A stretch of 64,000 nt of DNA from Spirochaetia bacterium (lineage in GTDB: Bacteria; Spirochaetota; Spirochaetia; DSM-2461). Within the stretch, counting starts at the first letter, position 1. Each line of letters begins with the position of its first letter. This document shows positions 28,875 through 39,010 of the stretch, one piece after another. The stretch lies in assembly GCA_963666985.2 (NCBI GenBank), contig CAXXIA010000002.1:2720001-2784000 (forward strand). Reading direction: 5' to 3'. Under the pieces are notes generated by a model, which saw nothing but the letters and a program-made list of their open reading frames with translations, had not been told where the DNA came from and made no database searches. The translations under genes were made by a program, and so were the position numbers.

Positions 28875-29969
28875 ATGATTCACATTCTTCAGATCATCAC
28901 TCTCAGCGGAGGCATCATCGAATTGATGTTCGCGGGAGCGCAGTTGGCCGTTCCTTCCAGATCGTCCTATAACCTGCTCTTGGCGGGGATGTGCCTCTTC
29001 CTGGGCGGCTACCTGATTCCCTGCGGCCTGCCGGCATTCCACGATGGGCCGATCGCCCTTTCGTCCTTCCGCATCTCTTTCACCATCTGCATGCTCTCGG
29101 GGCATCTGGTGGCACCCTTCGCCTATCTCTGCTACAAGACCATCGTCGACGAGTCCTTCGAGGCCACCGGCCGGCTGGTGCTCTTCTTCCTGCCGAGTTT
29201 CTTCGCGGGATTCCTTTTGTTCATCTATGGAACGTCTCTGCCGGAGATGCGGGGAACCGCCATCGAACTGGAAGATTACTTGTACTCGAACCATTGGCCG
29301 TACCTCATCCTCCCGGTGACGAGCATCGCTTCCTCGATTCTCTTTGCCTTCGAAATCATGATGACCATCCGAAGACAGAGGAAAAAGAACGGGATGAGGA
29401 ACCAAACCATCAGGATGATGAATATCTTCCTCGGCATTTTCATTCCCATTATGGTGATTTGGGGGTTGGTGTTCTTCATGGATTCGCCGGCACGGGGCAA
29501 AGCCTTCGTCCATGCGCTCATCGCCCTCTACTTCGTCGGCATCTACATAGTAAGCGAGCGCTACAGTCTTCTTTTCCATCCCGCCGTTCGCAGCACGAAA
29601 GCCAACAGAAGCGGCTTGAGTGCCTTCGAAATGGAGCAGGGTCTTCGGAATCTGGCCAAGGCGATGGAAGAGAACAAACGGTACCTGGAACCCGAGCTCA
29701 CGGTGAAGGACTTGGCCTCTTCCGTCGGCGTCACTCCCCATCAGCTTTCGGAACTCATCAACCGGAGCATGGGCTGCAATTTCGCCCAGTACGTGAATCG
29801 ATGCCGTATCGAAGAATCCAAGAAAAGGCTCCTGGCAGAAGATCCGGATTCGGTTCTCACCATCGCCTTGGAGTCGGGGTTCAACTCCTCCTCGGCGTTC
29901 TACAGGACCTTCAAGCAGCACACCGGCTCCACGCCCAAGGACTATGTGAAAGAAAGAAGAGGCCGCTAG
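28875..29969 (+). CDS. Multi-TM membrane-anchored AraC-family regulator (tandem paralog, copy 2)
   Basis: Same architecture; HTH region almost identical to copy 1 in protein and DNA. Confidence 0.9.
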   Translation: MIHILQIITLSGGIIELMFAGAQLAVPSRSSYNLLLAGMCLFLGGYLIPCGLPAFHDGPIALSSFRISFTICMLSGHLVAPFAYLCYKTIVDESFEATGRLVLFFLPSFFAGFLLFIYGTSLPEMRGTAIELEDYLYSNHWPYLILPVTSIASSILFAFEIMMTIRRQRKKNGMRNQTIRMMNIFLGIFIPIMVIWGLVFFMDSPARGKAFVHALIALYFVGIYIVSERYSLLFHPAVRSTKANRSGLSAFEMEQGLRNLAKAMEENKRYLEPELTVKDLASSVGVTPHQLSELINRSMGCNFAQYVNRCRIEESKKRLLAEDPDSVLTIALESGFNSSSAFYRTFKQHTGSTPKDYVKERRGR

Positions 29970-30032
29970 GCGCGGCCTCCCGCCAAGAACGCCCGGGGCG
30001 CCCCGAAGGCCCCCGGGACATGGGACATGGGA

Positions 30033-30294
30033 TCAGAACCGGCGGATGGCCCAGACATAACGACCGCTGTTTTTATCGGTCCAGCTACTTGCACTTCCAG
30101 TTACCACATTGAACACATAGAATTTGTTCTCATTTCTCTGGGTGGAAGTCAGATAGCCCAAAGGGGGGGCGCTCGTCTTGTCCAAAACAGTAATACAACA
30201 CTTCGTTGTAATACTGCAGGGATTCCTCAGTTGAAAGGAGATACCAACCGAAATCGCTTCCTTCATTCAATTTGACGCAAACTCCCGCGCCATA
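30033..30294 (-). pseudogene. Decayed DUF1566-like (C-type lectin fold) C-terminal fragment
   Basis: Two frames give YGAGVC..LN...GWYLLSTEE and YLTSTQ...FNVVTG....K.....VWAIRRF-stop, matching the WYLPS.EL / YWSS / VR.VR.F pattern. Confidence 0.55.
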
Positions 30295-30507
30295 CTGTCG
30301 GGAGGATGCCGCCGGAAAACCGAACCAACGGGTCGGAAAGAGTCCACAGGATGTGGACGAGAGGAGGCCAACTTGAGGGCGAATCCCACCATCAAGAGAT
30401 AAAAGCCTTCCGATAGATCGGCTTTTCTTGTTATATCTATTCCGCTTCAACTTGATAAATAACAATGAGATAAAGGCTTCGTAGTATTTTCGTACCAGAA
30501 AGATTTT

Positions 30508-30533
30508 CTATCCCATTTTATAAAACAGGAGGA
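30508..30533. promoter_or_regulatory. 26-bp imperfect palindrome, candidate membrane-AraC operator (site 1)
   Basis: CTATCCCATTTTATAAAACAGGAGGA; 18/26 identical to 49478-49503; CATAGT starts 20 nt after its last base. Confidence 0.6.
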
Positions 30534-30600
30534 CCTCCGTACGGTTTGGCTTCATAGTCGCGTAATCTACCCAGGCCAAAAGCCGTATCGGAGGCATTCT

Positions 30601-31770
30601 GTGAATAAACGAATTACGATTTTCGGTGCAGTATCAGCTCTTGCAGTTCTTCTGGCAGGATGCGGGAATTTGCCGGGCACAAGTCCCGTCACACTGAAGT
30701 CCATCGAGATTACGACTCAACCGACGACGACCGTGTACTCCATCGGAGATTCGCTCGACACCACCGGAATGGTGGTAACGGCGACGTATACCGACGGCAG
30801 TACCAAGGAAGTCACCGGCTATTCGACGTCCGGATTCGACTCCAGCGCTGAGGCGGCGTCGCAGACCGTCACCGTGAGCTACGCGGAAGGCGGCATAACG
30901 ATGACCGCCTCGTTTACGATCAGCATCGTCCCCGACCCTGTGTTGGCGTCGATTGCAGTCACCACTCCGCCGACGACCACCGAGTACACCATCGGAGACT
31001 CACTCGACACCGCCGGCATGGTGGTAACGGCGACCTACAGCGACGGCAGTACCGAGGAAGTCACCGGCTATGCGATTTCCGGATTCGACTCCAGCGTCTT
31101 GGCGGCATCGCAGGCTGTTACCGTGACATACGAGGAAGACGGCATAACGAAGACCGCTTCGTTCTCGGTGAGCATCAAAGCTGTAATCGGCCAAATCTAT
31201 TACGCCGACGGCTCGGTCTCCACGTCTTATGATTCTTCCAAGACAGCCGCGGGCATTGTATTGGCCGTGAACACAGACGGAAGCGTGTCGAAGATTATGG
31301 CCCTTGAACAGAATACGGGCCTGAAATGGGCGGAAGCTTCGACGACCGGCTTTGAGACAATATTCAACACCGACATGGACGACGGCAGCGGCAACTGGGC
31401 CGTGATACAAGATGCCGATCCGACCGGCAGTGCCGATGCCGCGACGAATTATCCGGCATTCAATTATTGCAACACGTACGGTGCAGACTCAGGTCTGACC
31501 GGTTTCGATTGGTATCTGCCCGCTCGCAATGAACTCTCGGTCATCTACAGCAATGTATCGGCCCTCAACACAGCCCTTTGGACACTTGAGAAAGCTGGAT
31601 TAGTCGTTACCTATATTGAGACGCTCCCGGTTGCCACCACGAGGTATTGGAGTTCCTCGCAGGCGGACACTCAGTATGAGGCGGATTATATATTCATGGC
31701 TACTGGAAGCATTACCGGTGTCCAAAAAGATTCCGGTTACACCGTCCGTCCCATCGCGTCGGTGGACTGA
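30601..31770 (+). CDS. Surface lipoprotein: two bacterial Ig-like repeats + DUF1566-like C-terminal domain
   Basis: LAGC lipobox; two 83-aa repeats (249-bp period; Y.IGDSLDT.GMVVTATY.DGS); DWYLPARNEL, YWSSSQ, VRPI; GGAGG RBS. Confidence 0.85.
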   Translation: MNKRITIFGAVSALAVLLAGCGNLPGTSPVTLKSIEITTQPTTTVYSIGDSLDTTGMVVTATYTDGSTKEVTGYSTSGFDSSAEAASQTVTVSYAEGGITMTASFTISIVPDPVLASIAVTTPPTTTEYTIGDSLDTAGMVVTATYSDGSTEEVTGYAISGFDSSVLAASQAVTVTYEEDGITKTASFSVSIKAVIGQIYYADGSVSTSYDSSKTAAGIVLAVNTDGSVSKIMALEQNTGLKWAEASTTGFETIFNTDMDDGSGNWAVIQDADPTGSADAATNYPAFNYCNTYGADSGLTGFDWYLPARNELSVIYSNVSALNTALWTLEKAGLVVTYIETLPVATTRYWSSSQADTQYEADYIFMATGSITGVQKDSGYTVRPIASVD

Positions 31771-31790
31771 GATTTGAGATAAGCCGAAAT

Positions 31791-31833
31791 GCGAGTCCGG
31801 TTTCCACGGGGGAAGTCGGACTCGCTTGGTTTT
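31791..31833 (+). terminator. Probable terminator after the lipoprotein gene
   Basis: 15-bp stem GCGAGTCCGGTTTCC/GGAAGTCGGACTCGC (two G-U pairs), then TTGGTTTT. Confidence 0.6.
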
Positions 31834-31853
31834 CAGCCGGCGGCGATGAACCC

Positions 31854-32414
31854 GTGTGGACAGAATTCGGTCTCGATCCGGCTCGGTTCGCTTCTGTGGG
31901 GGAATCCGCCGGAGGACATCTCGCGGCGATGTTGGCGGTTACTTACGGCGCGGAAGGCATGGAGGATTTCTCCCAAGGAAATCCGGAACAATCTTCCGCC
32001 GTCCGCGCCTGCGTCGATATGTTCGGCCCGACCGATTTTCTCAAGATGGACGGACAGCTTGGTTCGCTCGGTCTCGGTCCTCAGGATCACAATAACGCCG
32101 ATTCTCCCGAATCGCGCTATATGGGCGGGAAGATTACGGATTTGGATTCCGATTGGATGAGAAAGTCCAACCCCGTCAATTATGTGAACAACGGTATGCC
32201 GCCGATGCTTATTCAGCACGGCGAGAAGGATCATCTGGTCTGCGTGCTTCAGTCGAAAATTTTCTACGATGAGATTGTCCGGAAACTTGGAAGCGGCCGC
32301 GTGATTTTCGAGGTGCTGGAAGGCGCGGATCACGCGGATCGTCATTTTATAATAGATGAAAATATGCGGCGGGTTTTCGATTTCTTGGATGAACACATGA
32401 AGGGCGCCGAATAA
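31854..32414 (+). pseudogene. 5'-truncated alpha/beta hydrolase (esterase)
   Basis: LDPARF..VGESAGGHLA, PPMLIQHGEKD.LV, GADH; the N-terminal HGG oxyanion region is absent. Confidence 0.75.
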
Positions 32415-33130
32415 TGATCGGACCGATTGTCAACAGTGCCGGTGTTGTTCTCGGCAGCTTATTGGGAGCCGGTATCGGTAAAAGAATCCCTCAGGGGATT
32501 AATGAGCGCCTCCCGATGGTGTTCGGCATCGCTTCCATGGGAATGGGGATTTCCATGATTCCCAAAGTCAATTCGATGCCTCCTGTTATTCTGGCACTTC
32601 TGATTGGTACCATTCTCGGTGAGTTGATGGGACTGGAAGCCGGGATTCGAAATCTGGCGGGAAAAGCTAAGGGAATGGTTGAAAAGAGCTTGCCTCTTCC
32701 TCACACCGGAATCACTCACGATGAGTTCCTTGATCGTTTTACCACAATGCTGGTTCTCTTCTGTGTCAGCGGAACCGGAATCTTCGGTGCTCTTCAGGAA
32801 GGAATGACCGGAGATTCCTCTCTCTTGATCGTGAAGGCTTTCCTTGATTTTTTCACAGCCGCCATCTTTGCCACGTCGTTAGGATTTACTTTGGCCGTAA
32901 CGGCGATTCCCCAATTCATTCTTCAGGTTGCTTTGTTTTTTACGGCAACACTCATTTTGCCGTTGACCAACGACTTAATCATCGCGGATTTTTCGGCGAT
33001 GGGAGGATTGATTATGCTGGCGGCGGGATTTCGAATATGCAATCTGCTTCCCATTCATCTGATTAACATTGTTCCGGCGATGATTTTTGTCATGCCTTTT
33101 TCTTCGATATGGGCGAAGTACACATTTTAA
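32414..33130 (+). CDS. DUF554-family membrane protein
   Basis: MIGPIVN, LFCVSGTGIFGAL.EG.TGD, KAFLDFFTAAIFA. Confidence 0.88.
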   Translation: MIGPIVNSAGVVLGSLLGAGIGKRIPQGINERLPMVFGIASMGMGISMIPKVNSMPPVILALLIGTILGELMGLEAGIRNLAGKAKGMVEKSLPLPHTGITHDEFLDRFTTMLVLFCVSGTGIFGALQEGMTGDSSLLIVKAFLDFFTAAIFATSLGFTLAVTAIPQFILQVALFFTATLILPLTNDLIIADFSAMGGLIMLAAGFRICNLLPIHLINIVPAMIFVMPFSSIWAKYTF

Positions 33131-34053
33131 ACTGCGGATTGGTTACTGACTTGCTCGGAATAATGAATAAGATATTCGCAGAATTTCTTTGAGGCTTTTG
33201 AAAGGTAATGACCTCGTAAAGTGGAAATCCCCATCGTCCTTTGTCCCACCGGTTCCGAAATATAGAGATATTTTACAAGTGAATTCGGACGTTCCGGAGG
33301 GCGAGGGAATTCAGTTGATCTGAAAAGGAACGACATATAAGGAATGAACAGAACTCCAAGACTTCTTTCAACCAGGATATCGACAAGTTCGTTTTCATTT
33401 CCTGCATAGAAAACATCCGGTTCAAAACCTGATTTTCTGCAGCTTTCACAAATTTCTTTTCTCATACTGAAGCTGCAGCTGTTGAATAAGAAACGTTCAT
33501 TTTTTAAGTCGGCGAGAGAGATTGTATCCTTTGATGCCAAATGATGATTGGAAGAGACAAAAACAATAATTTCATCGGAAATAACGGGAGTCCATTCAAT
33601 GCTGTCCGAATTGAGCGGAAGAAATGAGATGGAAAAATCAATTTCACCTTTTTCCAGGCTTGTTCTCATCTGAGAAATTGATTGTACATACTGCAAAATT
33701 CTGATATTGGGACTTGATATCATAAATGACTTCAGCGGTCCTGAGATAAAACCGGAATCGGAAGTTGAAAAAGTAACTTGTCCATGACTGATATCATCAA
33801 GACTGGAGATTTCACTTAATCCGTCTTCTATTTCCAAAAAAGCTTTATCGACTCGCTGGAGAAAAATCCGGCCGAAATTATTCAAGCGAATTTTATTGCC
33901 TTCTCTGTCGAAAAACCGAACACCGGCACTTTCTTCCAGTCTTGAAATTGTTTTGCTTAATGAAGGCTGCGATATATGCAATTCTTCGGCCGCTCGTGTG
34001 ATATGCTCCAATCTTGCTACGACTCTGAAATAATTCAACTGCGTTAATTCCAT
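33127..34053 (-). CDS. LysR-family regulator
   Basis: MELTQLNYF..VA...HITRAAEELHISQPSLS..I..LE, FDREG. Confidence 0.93.
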   Translation of the reverse strand: MELTQLNYFRVVARLEHITRAAEELHISQPSLSKTISRLEESAGVRFFDREGNKIRLNNFGRIFLQRVDKAFLEIEDGLSEISSLDDISHGQVTFSTSDSGFISGPLKSFMISSPNIRILQYVQSISQMRTSLEKGEIDFSISFLPLNSDSIEWTPVISDEIIVFVSSNHHLASKDTISLADLKNERFLFNSCSFSMRKEICESCRKSGFEPDVFYAGNENELVDILVERSLGVLFIPYMSFLFRSTEFPRPPERPNSLVKYLYISEPVGQRTMGISTLRGHYLSKASKKFCEYLIHYSEQVSNQSAV

Positions 34054-34071
34054 GTTGAGAACCGTCCCTAT

Positions 34072-34089
34072 CATAACTTTCAAGTTATG
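34072..34089. promoter_or_regulatory. Palindrome in the lysR/SDR divergent spacer
   Basis: CATAACTT-TC-AAGTTATG, perfect 8-bp arms. Confidence 0.55.
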
Positions 34090-34169
34090 CTTTTACCATA
34101 AAGAATATATTAGACAAACTGGTAAGTACACCTTAATCTTTTTAAAAAATCGATATCAAGGCAGGTTTA

Positions 34170-34934
34170 ATGGATCGTCTTAAAGGGAAAATTGCGGTAA
34201 TAACCGGAGCAAGCGAAGGAATCGGCAAAGCCGCGGCTCTTCTATTTGCCCGTGAAGGAGCAAGTGTCGTTATTCTTGCCCGGAGAAAAAATAAACTTGA
34301 TGAGATTGTAGCGGAAATCAAGGAATTCGGCGGAAACGCACTTGCCGTACCGGGAGATGTTAATCAGGAAAAAGACTGCGTAAATGTCTTTGAGCAGGCA
34401 ATTAAAACCTACGGAAAGATTGATATCCTCGTTAACAACGCTGGAATGGCCGATTCTCATATCGCGACCGTAAGAGCTTCGAATGAACACTGGGAAAAAA
34501 TAATCGCCATGAACCAGAACAGCGTTTTTATGTTCTGCCGTGAGGCTCTTCGGTACATGGAAAAAACAGGATCAGGTTCAATCGTTAATGTCTCATCAAT
34601 CGCGGGTGTCTATGCCAATGCGGGAATTGCGTATTCTGCCTCCAAGTATGCCGTAATTGGAATGACAAAAAACATCGCTCTTCAATATGCGGGTACCGGA
34701 ATCCGCTGTAATTCGGTTTGTCCGGGACCGACCGAAACGGCTATGCTCGCCGCTGCAATGAATGGCAAGGATTGCGATACGGAATTCGCCGAAATATGCG
34801 GAAGACATAATGATCCTGAGGTTGGTATCTCTCAGCCTGAAGATCAAGCCAATGCCATTTTGTTTTTTGCATCCGATGAATCCAAATGTGTTACCGGACA
34901 GGTCATTGTTGTGGATCGCGGGAAATTTATGTAG
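34170..34934 (+). CDS. Classical SDR oxidoreductase
   Basis: TGASEGIG, NNAG, YSASK, CPGPTET. Confidence 0.93.
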   Translation: MDRLKGKIAVITGASEGIGKAAALLFAREGASVVILARRKNKLDEIVAEIKEFGGNALAVPGDVNQEKDCVNVFEQAIKTYGKIDILVNNAGMADSHIATVRASNEHWEKIIAMNQNSVFMFCREALRYMEKTGSGSIVNVSSIAGVYANAGIAYSASKYAVIGMTKNIALQYAGTGIRCNSVCPGPTETAMLAAAMNGKDCDTEFAEICGRHNDPEVGISQPEDQANAILFFASDESKCVTGQVIVVDRGKFM

Positions 34935-34973
34935 TTCAAGAAATCCATATTTCTCAAAAATAAGGAAAAGAAT

Positions 34974-35420
34974 ATGCCTATAAATGAAAAAGTACAGAAC
35001 CTTATTGCTAAAGAATACTCATGCAGCCAAGTGACATTCGGAGCCATTTGCGAAGAAGTCGGAGTGAGTCTGGAAAATGCCATGAAACAGTCCGCATGCT
35101 TCGGCGGCGGAATCGGCATGGGCGATACATGCGGAGCCATCTCCGGAGCCTTAATGGCTTTGGGGTATTTATCAAACGGAACTCCTGAAGAAAAGCACAG
35201 TAATCATGAACGATCGGTTGAATTTATTCAGGCGTTTATTGAAAAAACCGGAAGCCGTTACTGCAGGGAACATCTTGGATTTGATTTAGGAACACCCGAG
35301 GGCGGGGCAAAAATGGAAGAGATGCACGCACAGGGAACGCCTCCGCAGATATGCGAAAAGCTGATGAATACGGCTGTGGAAATGTTTATTGAACGACTGG
35401 ATAAATATAATCGGAAATAA
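34974..35420 (+). CDS. C-GCAxxG-C-C family putative redox protein
   Basis: YSCSQ, FGGGIG.GDTCGAISG, YCREHLG, ICEK. Confidence 0.85.
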   Translation: MPINEKVQNLIAKEYSCSQVTFGAICEEVGVSLENAMKQSACFGGGIGMGDTCGAISGALMALGYLSNGTPEEKHSNHERSVEFIQAFIEKTGSRYCREHLGFDLGTPEGGAKMEEMHAQGTPPQICEKLMNTAVEMFIERLDKYNRK

Positions 35421-35452
35421 ACCGAAAATATTCCAATTATCGGAGGATTATT

Positions 35453-37006
35453 TTGCCGGAAAAAAAACAGCCGTTGGTTGAATTAAAAGGAATAACAAAA
35501 TCATTCCCCGGAGTGAAAGCTTTAAGTGATGTTTCTTTTGATATTTATCCCGGGGAAGTCCATGCTCTATGCGGAGAAAACGGAGCCGGGAAATCAACAT
35601 TGATTAAAGTGATGACCGGAGCTCATAAACCCGACTCCGGAAAAATCTTTATTGACGGAAATGAAATTGTTATCAATTCCACACAGCAGGCTATGGAATC
35701 GGGCATTGCCTGTATTTACCAAGAACTGTCTATTGCACCGCAGCTTGATGTTGCAAAAAATGTTTTTCTTGGAAATATGTTTGTCAATAAGGCCGGTTTT
35801 CTTGATCTGAAAAAACTCTATCGTGAAACGGATGATATTCTTTGTAATTATATCGGGCTGAAAGTTTCTCCGAAAAAGCCTGCGGGCGAGCTCTCCGTGG
35901 GACAGCAGCAAATGGTTGAAATAGGGAGAGCATTAACCAGAAGAGCCCGTGTTATCATTATGGATGAACCTACATCCTCGCTTTCCGAGTCTGAAGCGGA
36001 TACACTTTTCAAGCTTATAAAAATGCTGAAAGATGATAATGCGGCCATCGTCTACATCAGTCATAAACTCGATGAAGTAATGAATCTTGCCGACCGAATA
36101 ACAGTAATAAGAGACGGCAGAAATATCATTACAATGGATACGAAAGATACAACTCAAGATGAACTTATTTCCCATATGATCGGCCGAACACTTGAGAATC
36201 TTTATCAGAAGGTTCCGGCAAAGCAGGGTGAAAAAGTTCTTGAAGTGAAACAACTCTCAAAAGCGGATGTTTTTCAGAATGTTTCTTTTTCAGTTAATAA
36301 AGGAGAAATCTTGGGTTTCTTCGGCCTTGTGGGCGCCGGCCGAAGCGAAATTATGCGGGCCATATTCGGAGTTGATAAATATGATGCCGGAGAAATATTG
36401 ATTAATGGAAAAAAATTGTCTCCGGGGAATCCTGCCTGTGCCATAGAAGCGGGTTTGGGATTTTGTACTGAAGATAGAAAGCTGGAGGGCTTAATGCTGC
36501 GGCTTTCCGTTCTTCAGAATATGACACTTGTTAAACTGCCCGCAATTTCAAAAGCCGGTGTTGTAAATAGGAAAAAGCAATCATCTTTAGTGAATCAATA
36601 TGTTGAGAATATCAGTATAAAAACACCTTCCGTTCATCAGCTTACAGGGAACCTTTCCGGTGGTAATCAGCAGAAAGTTGTTCTGGCGAAATGGCTTATG
36701 ATGAATCCTGATGTACTCATTGTCGATGAACCTACAAGAGGAATTGATGTCGGTTCGAAATCTGAAATATATGGACTTCTTGGAGAACTCTCAAGGAACG
36801 GCGTGGCAATTATCGTTGTTTCATCGGAGATTGAAGAAATCATGGGAATCTGTGATCGGGTAATTACCGTTTGTGAAGGGGAAGTTACCGCCGAAATGGA
36901 TATCGAAGGTTTGGATTGCGAAGCGGTGCTTTCTGCGGCTCTTGGAAGAAAACACCGCCATAATGCGGAAATTGTAAATAATACAAAAACAGGTAATAAA
37001 GCGTGA
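35453..37006 (+). CDS. Sugar ABC transporter ATP-binding protein (RbsA/MglA type)
   Basis: GENGAGKST, MDEPT, LSGGNQQK, DEPTRGIDVG. Confidence 0.95.
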   Translation: MPEKKQPLVELKGITKSFPGVKALSDVSFDIYPGEVHALCGENGAGKSTLIKVMTGAHKPDSGKIFIDGNEIVINSTQQAMESGIACIYQELSIAPQLDVAKNVFLGNMFVNKAGFLDLKKLYRETDDILCNYIGLKVSPKKPAGELSVGQQQMVEIGRALTRRARVIIMDEPTSSLSESEADTLFKLIKMLKDDNAAIVYISHKLDEVMNLADRITVIRDGRNIITMDTKDTTQDELISHMIGRTLENLYQKVPAKQGEKVLEVKQLSKADVFQNVSFSVNKGEILGFFGLVGAGRSEIMRAIFGVDKYDAGEILINGKKLSPGNPACAIEAGLGFCTEDRKLEGLMLRLSVLQNMTLVKLPAISKAGVVNRKKQSSLVNQYVENISIKTPSVHQLTGNLSGGNQQKVVLAKWLMMNPDVLIVDEPTRGIDVGSKSEIYGLLGELSRNGVAIIVVSSEIEEIMGICDRVITVCEGEVTAEMDIEGLDCEAVLSAALGRKHRHNAEIVNNTKTGNKA

Positions 37007-37980
37007 ATTCTAATTCTAAAGAAACAAACCTATGGAAGAAATTCTTGGAAATGAATGGAAGTGGCGTACTGATTGCTTTAATTTCTTTCATTATTCTTGT
37101 TTCAATAATTTCTCCTCATATAACGGGCGGAAAATATCTTACCTGGACGAATATTATTCAGGTTTTCAGACAGCAAACGTATATCGGTATTATTGCCTGT
37201 GGAATGACCTTCGTAATCATTTCAGGAAATATAGATCTTTCCGTCGGTTCTCAACTGACACTTCTTACGGTTCTTTGCGCCAATTTCTCACACTATGGTA
37301 ATTTAGCGGCGATTTTCGGCACATTGACTCTGGGTTTGGTATTAGGCTTTTTTAACGGTCTTTTTGTAAGCGGGCTTAAACTGAATCCGTTTATTGTGAC
37401 ATTGGGAACCGGATCAATATTCGGCGCACTCGCGATGATTCTTACTTCAGGATTCACGAAACGAGCGGACAGCACTTTATTTAACTACATCGGTACGGGA
37501 TCCGTTCTCGGATTTATTCCAATGCCCGTTTTAATCATGCTTTGCGTTGTACTGATTTTCGCGTTTATTCTAAAACGAACGGTTTTTGGACAAAGAATTT
37601 ACGCCATTGGAGCTAATCCTAAAGCGGCACGATATTCCGGTATCCGGTCAAGAGCATTCGTGGCAATAACGTATATACTCTCCGGTTTCTGCTGCGCTTT
37701 GGCGGCAATCACGCTTATCGCACGTTCAACTTCGGCTAATCCGGCTGTAGCCGGAGGGAAAGAAATGGATGTTATTCTTTCCGTAGTATTGGGAGGAACC
37801 AGTATCCTCGGCGGGAAAGGTTCAATCTGGGGAACGGTAATCGGGTTTCTGTTCATCGGGTTTATGTCGAACGGTTTTACTTTTCTAAATTTCAATCAGT
37901 ATATGCAATGGGTCGTTATGGGAATCATTCTTGTTATAGCTTTGGCAATAGATGTTTATAAACAAAAAGGAAGAGTTTAA
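37003..37980 (+). CDS. Sugar ABC permease (RbsC-like)
   Basis: GNIDLSVGS, GQRIYAIGAN, VVLGGTSILGGKG. Confidence 0.92.
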   Translation: MNSNSKETNLWKKFLEMNGSGVLIALISFIILVSIISPHITGGKYLTWTNIIQVFRQQTYIGIIACGMTFVIISGNIDLSVGSQLTLLTVLCANFSHYGNLAAIFGTLTLGLVLGFFNGLFVSGLKLNPFIVTLGTGSIFGALAMILTSGFTKRADSTLFNYIGTGSVLGFIPMPVLIMLCVVLIFAFILKRTVFGQRIYAIGANPKAARYSGIRSRAFVAITYILSGFCCALAAITLIARSTSANPAVAGGKEMDVILSVVLGGTSILGGKGSIWGTVIGFLFIGFMSNGFTFLNFNQYMQWVVMGIILVIALAIDVYKQKGRV

Positions 37981-38969
37981 TGAGAAATCTGGTAACTGAC
38001 TTAAAGAATATGAAAATAGGACTTAACCGATTTCTATTAAGTTATAACTCCGTTGTTATTTTGCTGATTCTTTGCTTTTTTGGAACTTTCTTTATCGATG
38101 GATTCAATAATAATATTTCAACGATAATTTTCGATTCAAGTATTTATGGTTTTATGGCCGTTGCTCTCGGCATAATCATGGTTACCGGGAATATTGATCT
38201 TTCCGTCGGATTTCAGGCGGCCGGATCGGCAGTTACGACTGTTATTGTTCTGGATGGTACCGGAAGCCTTTTCTTGGCTGTTGTATCGGCTCTGTGCGTT
38301 GCGGTACTTATGGGATGCATCAATGGATTTACCGTTGTTAAGTTGGGAATCAGTCCGTTAATTGCGACTATTGCTACGAATTATATATATAAAGGATATG
38401 TGTACTTTTTTACTAAAACAGGGGCATATTATCCGCAAGGTGAATTGAGGGATTTATTAAAGAGTTCCTTTTCCCGATTGCGATTCTTTGATTTAAAGAT
38501 ACTTTCATTAACAATCATTATATTTATTCTCTTAATTGTTTTATTTATGTTTCTCATGCGGAAAACGAATTTCGGTAATGCGATGTATATCGCGGGTGAT
38601 AACGGTGAAGCGGGAGTTCTTTCCGGAATAAACATTAAAAGAGTCAGCTTCTTGGCGTATGTTATCGGTGGTTTTTTATGCGGAATCGCGGGCATTTTTC
38701 TAGCATCAAATTCCGGAGCCGCTATGTATACACAAGGGGAAGGGCGAGATATTTTCGCGGTATCGGCATGTGTAATCGGTGGAATTAAAATGGCGGGAGG
38801 TAAAGGAACACTCCTTAATATTCTTCTCGGGATTCTCATTATGCGTGTTATCAGTACCGGAATGAATCTAATGATGATTCCTTCATCTTGGGTGGATTTT
38901 GTTTCGGGAGTACTCATTATTTTTGTTCTGGTAATTGATCGAATAACTTCAATTAAGAAGGAAGAATAG
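37980..38969 (+). CDS. Sugar ABC permease (RbsC-like)
   Basis: GNIDLSVG, CVIGG..MAGGKG, multiple TM segments. Confidence 0.9.
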   Translation: MRNLVTDLKNMKIGLNRFLLSYNSVVILLILCFFGTFFIDGFNNNISTIIFDSSIYGFMAVALGIIMVTGNIDLSVGFQAAGSAVTTVIVLDGTGSLFLAVVSALCVAVLMGCINGFTVVKLGISPLIATIATNYIYKGYVYFFTKTGAYYPQGELRDLLKSSFSRLRFFDLKILSLTIIIFILLIVLFMFLMRKTNFGNAMYIAGDNGEAGVLSGINIKRVSFLAYVIGGFLCGIAGIFLASNSGAAMYTQGEGRDIFAVSACVIGGIKMAGGKGTLLNILLGILIMRVISTGMNLMMIPSSWVDFVSGVLIIFVLVIDRITSIKKEE

Positions 38970-39010
38970 AAAATCTAATGAAAATGCAATCAATAATAAG
39001 GAAGGTTAAT

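Noticed and set aside
30033..30294. DGR template repeat for the 30601 lipoprotein
   Set aside because: Only distant protein-level similarity; a template repeat should be near-identical in DNA except at adenines, and no reverse transcriptase is in the window.
30270..30320. c-di-GMP-I riboswitch suggested by GACGCAAA
   Set aside because: The upstream GGCAAA..GAAA stem is missing, and the sequence is explained by the opposite-strand DUF1566-like relic.
30691..31180. Nucleotide repeat as a CRISPR or non-coding array
   Set aside because: It is a 249-bp in-frame duplication encoding two Ig-like domains. No repeat-spacer array or cas gene was seen anywhere in the window.
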